A stretch of DNA of 64,000 nt from Malacoraja senta. Taxonomy: Eukaryota. Of this stretch, positions 25,801 through 37,800 are shown piece by piece. The notes below the pieces were generated by a model. The model made no database searches. It was not told the DNA's origin and was given only the letters and a program-made list of their open reading frames with translations. The stretch covers positions 1 through 64,000 of the forward strand of contig JAXLNO010000666.1 in assembly GCA_038087875.1 (NCBI GenBank), written 5' to 3'. The stretch's first letter is position 1. The number at the start of each line of letters is the position of its first letter. The translations under genes were made by a program, and so were the position numbers.

Positions 25801-28800
25801 TTAAAGCATCTTTTACACTATCCTGCTGTTGGCATTTCTGAATCGATAGCAAGAATTAAATGAAGTGTGTAGGAAGGAACAGCAGGTGCTGGTTTAAACT
25901 GAAAATAGACACAAAAAGTTGGAGTAACTCAGCGGGCCAGACAGCATCTCTGGAGAAAAGGAACAGGTGACGTTTTGGGTCAAGACCCTTCTTCAGACTG
26001 AGAGTCAGGGGAAAGAGAAAAGAGAGATATAGACGGTGATATGGAGAGAAATTGAACAAATGTTCTATATCTCTTTATCTCACCGTCTATACAGTCCATT
26101 AAAAGAAATGATATATTATTGTCTACCATTAAATAATATTTTAAAATTAATCTTATATATATTTTGGAGAGTGTAGTATCCTATTCCTAAAAGAACACTT
26201 TGAATTTCAGGTTTATTCCAGAATCTCCGCGCTGGTTGATGTTAAAAGGAAGGGTAAAGGAGGCTGAAGAAATACTCCGATTTATTGCAAAGAAAAATGG
26301 TGTCACTGCTCCAGATGTGCTCTTCACTGAGCTTGAGGTAACATCACCAGTACTCTTGTGTACTGCGCGGTCAGTGAGCCTGTTTAAGATACTCCTTCCA
26401 GGGACCCCGACAGTCTCTTCAGGTCAAGGCAGAGGTTCACTTGCACCGCCTCCAACCTCATCTACTGTATCCGATGTTCAAGATGTGGACTCATATACAT
26501 CGGCGAGACCAAACGTAGACTGGGAGATTGTTTCGCTGAACACCACTCAGCCTGAACCTACCTGATCTCCCAGTTGCAAACAACTTAATTCTCCTTCTTA
26601 GTGCCGATCCCACACTGACCTTTCTGTCCTAGGTCTCCTCCATTGTCAGAGTGAGGCTAAATGCAAATTGGAGGAACAGCATCTCATATTTTGCTTGGGC
26701 AGCTTACAGCCCAGTGGAATGAGTATTAATTTCTCTAACTTTAAGTAACCCTGGCATTCCCTCTCTCTCCATCCCTCCCCCACCAAAGTTGCAACAACTT
26801 CTTTTCACCCAACAAACTGCTAACGATGGCCTGTTTCCTTTATCATTGTCACAGAGGACATATACTTAAAATAGAAAGACATACCATTAGCATGGAAATG
26901 AGGAGAAATTTATTTAGCCAGAGGGTGGTGAATCTGTGAAATTCATTGCCACAGGCAGCTGTAGAAACATAGAAACATAGAAAATAGGTGCAGGAGTAGG
27001 CATTCGACCCATCTCAGTCCATTCAATATGATCATGGCTGATCAGAAAAAATCGGTACCCTGTTCCTGCTTTCTCCTCATATCCCTTCATTCCGTTAGCC
27101 CTAAGAGCTATATCTAACTCTCTTGAAAACATCCAGTGAATTGGCATCCACTGCCTTCTGAGGCAGAAAATTCCACAGATTCACAACTCTCTGGGTGAAA
27201 AGGTTTTTCCTCATCTCAGTCCTAAATGGCCTACCCCTTATTCTTAAACTGTGACCCCTGGTTCTGGACTCCCCCAACGTCGGGAACATTTTTCCTGCAT
27301 CTAGCCTGTCCAATCCCAAAATAGTTTTATGTCTCTATAAGATCCCCTCTCATCCTTCTAAATTCCAGTGAATACAAGCCATGTCGATCCATTCTTTCAT
27401 CATATGTCAGTCCCGCCATCCCGGGAATTATCCTGGTGAACCTACGCTACACTCCCTCAATAGCAAGAATGTCCTTCCTCACATTAGGAGACCAAAATTG
27501 CACACAATATTCCAGGTGTGGTCTCACCAGGGCCCTGTACAACTGCAGCAGGACCTCCGTGCTCCTGTGCCCAAATCCTCTCACTATGAAGGTTAACATG
27601 CCATTTGCTTTCTTCACTGCCTGCTGTATCTGCATGCTTACTTTCAGTGACTGATACTGTACAAGGACACACAGTTTAAGAAAGAACTGCAGATTCTGGA
27701 AAAATCGAAGGTAGACAAAAATGTTGGAGAAACTCAGCGGGTGAGGTAGCATCTATGGAGCGAAGGAATAGGTGACGTTTTGGGTCGAGACCCTTCAGAT
27801 TGATGTGAAGGCGGGGGGGGGGGAAGAAGAAAGGAAGAGCAGTTCCTTTCTTCCCGCCCCCCCCCCCCCACCCCCACATCAGTCTGAAGAAGGGTCTCGA
27901 CCTGAAACGTCACCTATTCCTTTGCTCCATAGATGCTGCCTCACCTGCTGAGTTTCTCCAGCATATTTGTCCACAAGGACACACAGGTCTCGTTGCACCT
28001 CCCCTTTTCCTAATCTGACACCATTCAGATAATAATCTGCCTTCTTCTTGCCACCACAGTGGATAACCTCACATTTATCCACATTATACAATATGTGTCA
28101 TGCATCTACCCACTCACCTAACCTATCCAAGTCACCCTGCAGCCTCATAGCATCCTCCTTACAGCTCACACTGCCACCCAGCTTTGTGTCATCCACAAAC
28201 CTGGAGATGTTACATTTAATTCCTTCGTCATCGTTATAAATCGTTAATATATATTGTAAATAACTGGCTGTGGAGGCCAAGTCATTGTGTACTTTTATAT
28301 CTCTGAACTAAACTGAACACTGCAGTCCATTATGTTCAAACTGAACTTTGCTACTTGTAGTTCCAGCTAGTTCTAACAGAAAACAGTTTGTAACAGAAAA
28401 AACAGTACGGGGAATGAATGAAGCGACAAATAACAGTTTATACTTTAAGACTTGAATTACCATTATTGCCACTATGTACTTATTATGAAAGTTAATAGTA
28501 ATAATGGGTATTAATAGTAATAAATAGTAATAGTAATTTGGAGCAGCAGTAGAGTTGCAGCCTTGCAGCACCAGAGACCCAGGTTCGATCCTGACTACGG
28601 GTGCTGTTTGTACAGAGTTTGTACATTCTCCCTGTGATCCCATGGGTTTTCTCCAGGTGCTCCGGTTTCCTCCCACACTCCAAAGACATGCAGGTTTGTA
28701 GGTTAATTGGCTTCTGTAAACTGTCCGTAGTGTGTAGAAAAGAGCTAGTGAACGGGTGATTGCTGGCTGGCAGAGACTCGTTGGGCTGAAGGACCTATTT

Positions 28801-31800
28801 CCACATGGTATCTCTACATCTCTCAACATCTCTAAAATCTCTAATACCTTCTATTAAGATACGTAATCTGTATTTCTATTTTATATCCCAGCTTGAAGAT
28901 GTGAGGGCTAAAAGTACACAATCTTATGCAATTATTCATTTGGTTACAACCTATAATATCAGAATCATCACAGTCATCAACATTCTGATTTGGTGAGTAG
29001 AATAAATAATTTATATTCGATGTGCAAAATATACAAAATATAACCGAGAGGGGGTGTGGGGGGTAAAGTTGAACCCAAGGCTGGGAGGGAAGAAACGTGG
29101 TGTTGGGGGGGGGGGGTAAAAAGGAGGGGGGGGGGGATTCACAGGCCATGGAGCCGCAGAGTACCCGGCTACACACGCGGTGAGCCGGGGACGGGCCCGG
29201 AACCCACGCCTCCTTCATGCCGCTCGCTCCCTCCGCTCCCGCAACCAGAAGCTCCCGCCACGAGGTGCCAGCTCGGTGGGTAAATGGCGGAAATGGGGGG
29301 CGGACCAACGGGAGCCTCAGTCTGTTATGACTGAAATCCACTCTCTAGAGGTGGATTATTGCGGGGGTTTGCTGTTTAGTGTAGTTTAGTGTCCAGATAC
29401 AAGGCGGAAACAGGCCCTGTGGCCCACCAACTCCGCACCAACCAGCAATCCCCGCACACTAACACTATCCTACACACACTAGGGACAATTTACATTTTAT
29501 ACCAAGCCAATTAACCTACAAACCTGTACGTCTTTGGAGTGGACGTACACTATCATACCACGCATAAACACTACCAAGTAAAACTCAAGTACAATAGATA
29601 GAGCAAAGGGGAGGTGCAGAGTGCTCACTATATATAGTAACAACTAACATGGAGATCAAACCGATGCTTAAACACAAAATGCTGGAGTAACAGCGGGACA
29701 GGCAGCATCTCTGTAGAGAGGGAATCGGTGACGTTTCGGGTCGAGACCCCACTCAGATCAATGCTTGCCTTCTGTTGGGATCGAAGGAACACCAACGATG
29801 GGTTGAAGCAGGAATGCTTTCAGAGATATTTTACAAGTAGTTGTACCGTTGTGTTGCAGGATGATTCTAACAGCAGGATATTATGGCCTTTCCTTGAACA
29901 CTCCCAATCTTCATGGAGATGACTATCTGAACTGCTTCTTCTTGGCTGCCATTGAAGTCCCTGCCTACACAGCGGCCTGGATTTTTCTTCAGAGATGTTC
30001 CCGCAGGGTCACCCTTTCAAGCATACTACTTATTGGTGGAGCATTTCTTATCATCATCCAGTTCATACCCACAAGTAAATTATTTTGAGTTTTTTATGCT
30101 GTCTTTTGTTAAACATTTCAAGGCAGAATTTCATGATGTACAAAAGTAAGCACCTTATCGCTGTTTCGCACGGAATAGGTGGGCCGAAGGGCCTTTTTCC
30201 TCGCTGTATAACTAAACTAAATTAAGCAGTATATTCATTGGCAGCACAGTGGCGCAGCTAGTGGAGCTGATGCCTCGCAGCGCCAGAGATCTGGGGTCGA
30301 TCCTCGCCTCAGATGCTGTGCGTGTGGAGTTTGCATGTTTTCCTTGGGATTGCCTGGGTTTCCGCTGGGTGTTCCGGTTTCCTCCCATACTCCAAAGACG
30401 TGCGGGTTTATAGGTTAATAGGCCCTCTGTAAATTGCCCCTAGTGTGTAGGATGTATAACTGGGATGACATGGGATGATGACCACCGCAGCCACATGCAG
30501 GCTGGGAACCATACAGACACAAAGCGACAAAGAGTTGCCTGGGCTGGTCGTCGTCTTGGAAGAAGAGCTCTGTGGAACTGGCGTGCTACATTGCTGAGAA
30601 CTATATTCTGCACTCTGAATCATTTCCTTTGCTCTACAGTGAAAGCCTTTTGATTACCTGCTCTCCAGTTAAATCAGATCATACTGTCCATTGGTACAAT
30701 CAAGCCATCCACAAGTATACTGGTAGTCCAAAGAGAAAAAATAACAGAGTGTAGAATGTAGTTTTGAGTCGGGACCCTTCTTCAGATTCGATGGCCCACC
30801 CATATCCTCCACCGATGCTACCTGGCTGCTGAATTACTCCAGCACTTTATATTTTACTCAGGATTCCAACATCTGCAGTTCCCATGTGACAAGGTAAACG
30901 TGTTCCCTCAAGAATAAGGATGGGTTGCCCCCTGGTGGACAAGTCCATACATGGTGAGACAGGGTAAAAGGGAAATACAGGCCGGCCAAGACTAAACTAG
31001 CCCCATTCACCCACCTTTATAACCATAACAAAAGGAGTCTCATCTCATAACAAATTCCTACAATTGCAGGAAACTGGAAAAAAAAGGCATAAAAAATGCT
31101 ATCAAGGAAGATTAAAAAAAAAACAAGGAGATTTTAATGACATAAGGTGAGAGGGGAATGATTTAATAGGAACCTGAGGGCCACCTTTTTCACTCCGAGG
31201 GTGGTGGGTATTTGGAACTAGCTGCCAGAGGAAATAGTTGAGGCAGGTACATTGATAACATTTAAAAGACACTTGTACTGCTACATGAATAGGAAAGGTT
31301 TAGAAGGATATGGACCAAATGGGGGCAAATGGGCCTAGCTTATGTGGGGTATCTTTGTTGGCGTGGACGGGTTGGGCGAAGGGCCTGTTTCCGTGCGGTC
31401 TGACATGACTAAGAAGGTTTAGATTGAATGTAATTGGCAGAAAGATCAGACAAAACACAAGTATTTTTCTACCACAGTTTATGGGGTTTATCTGAAAGCA
31501 GACTGGAGTAGAAATCAGAGCAGACTGGAGTAAGGTGTTGGATATTCACTGTGATGGATGTTTGTGTTAATTGTGTTAAGTGTGTGTCTTGTTTTTTTTT
31601 GTAATGTCATGACTAGGAATGAAATTTCGTTCAAACCTTGTCTGTTTGATTGACAATGAATGGCATTCTATTCTATTCTAAATCCTCATAACATTGAAAA
31701 CTGCCCGGATCTGTGCTCAGAATCCTGGGATCAGGCTAAGTAGTTAATGTTTGACTGGCATGGTCATGATGGGCCAAATGTGTTCTTCTGTGTCTCTGTG

Positions 31801-34800
31801 ATTATTTGCAAATTTTGACAGTATTAACACGATTTTCTTTACCTTTGTCAATCGGGTCTCTGGCGCTGTGAGGCAGCAACTCTACCGTTACATGATTGTG
31901 CCGCCCTGAATCTATTGTCAGAGTAGTTCAGAGGTTTTTTTGTAACATGATGTAGGGCAGGATGTAAATGGTAAAGAGTAAGAATATTTATAACAATGGA
32001 CACGACACTTGTCATTTTGGCTGCTTTGTTCTGGATGACACTGCACTACTAGTGTATCATTTATAGTTGCTCTCATTCAAACAAGTGAAGAGTATGCCAA
32101 TTATTGAACTTAGACATCATTAACCTGTTCAGTGCCACCCCTGAGTATACTCAGGTCATGGCCAATAGTGAAAACAAAACATAACAGTGAACAGGTACAC
32201 TGTTCCTCTTGTGATTTTAAACTCCTCCATAATATCACCCTTCAACCTCCTGCGCTCCAAGGAATAGAGTCTCAGGTTCTTTGCTTTTATAATTGGGCGA
32301 TGCTAGCGACAAAATTCTTCCACGGGAAATTTGATGCAGCTCACATTTTACGTTGTCTCCATGGTTTTGTGTAGTTCATTAACACTGTTTGCTCCAATTT
32401 GGATAATAGCTCCCTATCATTGCTCAGCTTTCTCATGGGCCTTCGGTGACCTGATAAGATCTCATTGCAATCAGCATTCATAAACATCAGTGATCCTTGC
32501 CACTGCCGAGAAATTAGTTTGGGATCTGCTAGAATATGTTATTTAGTTTTGTGAAAACAGTCATTCTGAATGTTGATCTGTTCATTGGTGAGATAGATAA
32601 ATAGAAACAGAAATATAGAAAATAGGTGCAGGAGTAGACCATTCGGCCCTTTGAGCCAGCACTGCCATTCAATATGATCATGGCTGATCAGAAAAAATTA
32701 GTACCCCGTTCCTGCTTTCTCCCCATATCCCTTGATTCCGTTAGCCCTAAGACCTATATCTAACTCTCTCTTGAAAACAGCCAGTGAATTGGCCTCCACT
32801 GCCTTCTGTGGCAGAGAATTCCACAGATTCACACCAATAGATAGGTGATGAAGCAGTAGACCAGCGCCAAAGACCCAGGTTCGATCCTGACTAAGGATGC
32901 TTGCTGTCTGTACGGAGTTTGTACATTTTCTCCGTGACCTTCGTGGGTTTTCTCCAAGATCTTCGTTTTCCTCCCACACTGCAAAGTCGTACAGTTTTGT
33001 AGGTTAATTGGCTTGGTGTAAATGTAAAAATTGTCCCTAGTGTGTGTAGGAGGATAGTATTAGTCAGGGCTCTCACTTAACTTTTTTTCTCTGTTGCCTG
33101 CCGGGCAACCTTGACAGCTTTTTAGGTTGCCAAATGACAGTTTAGATGGTAATTTAAGACGGTTTGCATGACGCGTGCGATAATGTGCTCGGACGAAGTG
33201 CGTAGTTACCAGTCGGAATTATTCTCAATGAAGAATTCACATATTATGTTCAAGAAGGAACTGCAGATGCTGGAAAATCGAAGGTAGACAAAAGTGCTGG
33301 AGAAACTCAGCGGGTGCAGCAGCATCTATGGAGCCAAGGAAATAGGCAACGTTTCAGGCCGAAACCCATCAGTCTGAAGAAGGGTTTCAGGCCGAAAGCC
33401 ATCAGTCTGAAGAAGGGTTTCGGCCCGAAATGTTGCCTATTTCCTTCGCTCCATAGATGCTGCCGTATCCGTTGAGTTTCTCCAGCACTTTTGTCTACAT
33501 TCACATATTATTTCTGCTTCAAATAACTCACAAATTAAACATATTCACCAATCAAGACATGATATATACCACAATGACATGCAGCTAAATTATAATACAA
33601 TATCTCAACTCTTTTTACACATTGCAATTAATGCAATTTCTATTAGTTCTTTCCACTTCCAAACAAAAATGTGGTTGGATTATTCAGCATATGATCAACC
33701 TGTGTCAATAAATCCTGGACCATGGTAACATATATGCTTAACCATGCACACTACAGATTGATACAAGCATGTTCTCTGTGAAAAACCGAAAATTATCATG
33801 ACATGGCTTTAGCATGGGTCGTTATTGCTATTGGTACAGAAACACTCGCTTCCAACATAATTTATCCATAACAAAATATACAGGTTGCAAGGAAATTTCT
33901 AAAGGAATTTTATGATAATAGCTGTTAAAACCGACTATACCCATCTGACAGGTTTAATATTACACTAACTGACAAGAGATGGCCAAAGTACATAACTGCA
34001 GCAAATGTTCTTTTGGTAATATGTTTAAAGGTGTCAAAACAAATAATAACATTGGGAATTAAAACACATTTGATTGCATTCCGTTATCAAACATAGTAAA
34101 TGTTCGCTCTGAAGACCATGAAGCATAATAGGGTCAGGGAGGGGGGGTGTGAATCAATGCGGGGTGGATAGATGGCGGGGGGGGGAGGGGGTTGAGAAGG
34201 CAATCGGTGCGGAATGGATGGATTGAGGCAGGTGAATTAGTACGTGTTGGTTGGAGTATGTAAAACTGTGAGGGGAGAGCATGGGGGATGTCAGTGGTGT
34301 TGAATGGGGGGTTCAGTACGGGATGGATGGGGGGGGATCAGTACAGGATGAATGGGGGGTCAGTACAGGATGAATGGGGGATCAGTAAAAGATGAATGCG
34401 GAGATCACTACAGGATGGATGGGGGGATTGTTGCAGGGTAAATGGAGAGTGGGTCAGTACGGGATGAATGGGAGGATCAGTGCAGTATGAATGGGGGGAG
34501 AAGTGCAGGATGGATGGGAAGGGGGGTCAGTACAGGATGAATTGGGGGACCAATGTAGGATGGATGGGGGGGTGGCAGGAGAATCAATGCGAGGTGGGTA
34601 GGGTGATGAATAGATTGGGGGGGGTAGATGGGGAGGGGAGCACAGGGGATGTCAGTGAGGACTGAATAGAGGAGGGAATGGGGATCAGTGCGGGATGGAG
34701 AGGAGGGGTCCCAGGAAAAGAGGGGTGGAGGGGGGCGTACAAGAGAGAGAGAGAGACAGAGAGGGGGGCAGGGGCAGAGGAGGTGGGGAGGAAGGAAGGT

Positions 34801-37800
34801 CAGCGCTCCTCGGACAACATCGCCCCGCTGCCTTGGCCGTCACTGTCCAACGCCAAAGTGCCGCCGCCAAAGGGGGAGGCGGTTGGGAACTCCTCGCCAC
34901 CGCCTCCCCTCCTCCGCCAGCCAACAGCAAGGTGCGGGGCTGAGCGGTGCAGCTCAAAGATCCTATAGCTATAGGATCTGTCGTGCTGCTGCTTCAGACA
35001 GCGGAAGGAGGCCTCCACCTCCCTCCCTCCTCCCGGCCTCGGCATGCGAGAGGGGTTGTTTTGAAAGTGCCGTTAACGGATTTGCAGGCAGCTGCCGTTA
35101 TCAGGGCGATAGCGGCCGCTGCTTGCAAATCCGCCAACGGCGCTTTCAAAACAACCCCTCTCGCACGCCGAGGCCGGGAGGAGGGAGGGAGAGGGGGAGA
35201 GAGAGAGGGAGGCCTTCTTCCGCCGGGCAGGGTGCGGGAGGAGGAGGCGGTGGAGCCGCTGTCGCGGCCGCTGCTGCCGCTGTTCGGGGCCCATCATTCG
35301 CTCCGACCCTTCGTCACCACGCACCTAGTATCTTTGCCCCGCACAGCCGCCGCCGACACGAAACGTCACGTTTCTATTCTCCAGAGATGCTGCCTGACCC
35401 GCGGAGTTACTCCAGTTTTTTGTGTCTATCGGTATAAACCAGTATTTGATTGCCAAGCCGGGCATAATGACTCGGTGTTTAGGTTGCCCGGCGGCACTTT
35501 GGGTGGTCAATGGCACCCGGGCAACTGCTAATTTCGAGCCCTGTTAGTGTGCAGGTATCGCTGGTCATTGCGGACTCGGTGGGCCAAATGGCCAGTTTCT
35601 GCACTCTATGCCGAAACTAAACTAAATCAAAAATTAAGGACGAGTGCTTAACTAGTGAATAATTTTAATGAATGAGGAGCGCACCATCACATTTTGATTT
35701 GTATTTCCATCTGGCAAATGTCTAAGTTAGAGGCATCTTTATAGAAAATCTGCCCGCGTTTTGAACATATGGTAGGATTGTGCAGACGGATACACAGAAA
35801 CCAATTCACCAGGTTTATGTACAACACAAAGTGCTGGGGTAACTCAGCGCATCAGGCAACAACATGGAGAGAAGACGTTTCGTTCCGGGCTGGGACCCTT
35901 CTTTAGACCCTCCATCGCAGCATGGTTTGGGAACAGCTCCATCCAATTTGTTAGAAATTGCAGAAAGTTATGGGTACAGCCCAGATCATCACACAAACTG
36001 ACCTCCCTTCCATTGACACACTATTGAGGTCACACAAAAGAATGATTGTGATTGTTGGCAATCAGGCTTGTCAACTCAGTGGGAGTGACTGACGTACTCA
36101 TTGTTCATTGTTGAAATAGTAGAGTTTTAATGTGTTCAAATTGCAAAAAATAGATCCTCTTGTAGAATGAATGTATCTATCTCGTACTAGTCTTTTACAG
36201 TGGTCCCTGAGTACTGTAGTTGTATTGCTGGACATATTTTAACTTCAGATAATGTTGCTCTGTGACGCAGCCCCAAAAAAGAAGCTTGCAATTTCTCGTA
36301 CGTTACAGTATTCCGGCCGCAGTCAAGTCCAGTCTGTTCCTCCTTAATGACCATCAGATTTTTCGCCCGTTTCATTTTGTTTTGATCAGAACGGTCTTGA
36401 TTGCTGCAAGGAGTTCTAAATTTGAAGCTGCAACCAAAAGGAAGCCATTAAAAGGAGTAAAACCATTAAAAGGAGCAAAGATTAACAAGCGTTGCTAACA
36501 AGTTTCAGAGAATTGTGGACGCAGCCCAGACCATCATGCAAACCAACCTCCCTTCTATTGACTCCATCTACACTTCACGTTGCCTCACCAAGGCCAGCAG
36601 CATAATCAAGGACCAGTCTCACCCCAGTCACTCTCCTCCCCTCTCCCGTCAGACAAGAGGTACAGAAGTGTGAAAACGCAAACCTCCAGATTCAGGGTCC
36701 GTTTCTTCCCAGCTGTTATCAGGCAACTGAACCATTCTCTCACCAACTAGAGAACAGTCCTGCCCTCATATCTACCTCATTGGTGACCTTAAAATTATCA
36801 TTAATTGAACTAAATCTTGCACTAAACGTTGTACCTTTGTCCTGCATCTGTACACTGTGGACGGCTTGATTGTATTTATATATTTAATCTTTTTGCTGAT
36901 TGGATAGCACGCAACAAAAAATATTTTCACTGTACCTCAGTACACTTGACAATAATAAGCTAAACTAAACTAAACTCTAGAGATGCTGAGTTACTCCAGC
37001 GCTATGTGTTCTCGGCAAGATTCCAGCATCTGCAGTTCCTTGTGTCTTCACCAAACTTACGATTGTTTCTGGTTTATTTAGATATTTCAGGACTCGTCAC
37101 AGTGCTGGTGATGAGTGGGAAACTCTCCACCACGTGTGGCTTTGCCATGATTTATGTCTACACGGCTGAGCTGTACCCGACGGCAGTAAGGAACATGGGT
37201 GTCGGAGTAAGTTCAATGGCCAGCCGGCTGGGCAGCATCATCTCACCTTACATCTTCTATCTGGGTATGATCATTGTTTGACTCTATGTACAGTTCCACC
37301 ACCAAGTTTCCCATCTTGTGACACACACAAAATGACACACACACACAGAGTTTTTAAAGTATATAGATATGATATGATAGTCGGGGGAGGGGGGTGTAGA
37401 CAAATTGGAAATACAAGCATGGAGGTAAAGGGAAAGAGAGTATAGGAAAAGTTAAGAAAGACACCAGAATTAACGGGTCAGAAAGCTCACGAAGGGATAG
37501 GAGAATATGTCCGTGAAATAGGAATTGATGTGAAAGGTGAGGTGAGTAATGGATTAAAAGTATTATATATTAATCCACGAAGTATAAGAAGTAAAGTGGA
37601 TGAGCTTGAGGCTGTTAGAGATTGGTAGATATGACATTGTAGGGATTACAGAGACATGGCTGCAGGAGGATCGGGACTGGGAACTGAATACTAAGCGTTA
37701 TATTTCCTATAGAGAGGACGGGCAGGTGGGCAGCGGAGGTGGGGTAGCTCTGTTGGTGAGGGATGAAATTCAGTCCCTTGCAAGGGGTGATATAGGGACT

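Noticed and set aside
34688..35531. Long GC-rich ORFs on both strands
   Set aside because: Low-complexity palindromic TE interior with no recognisable domain
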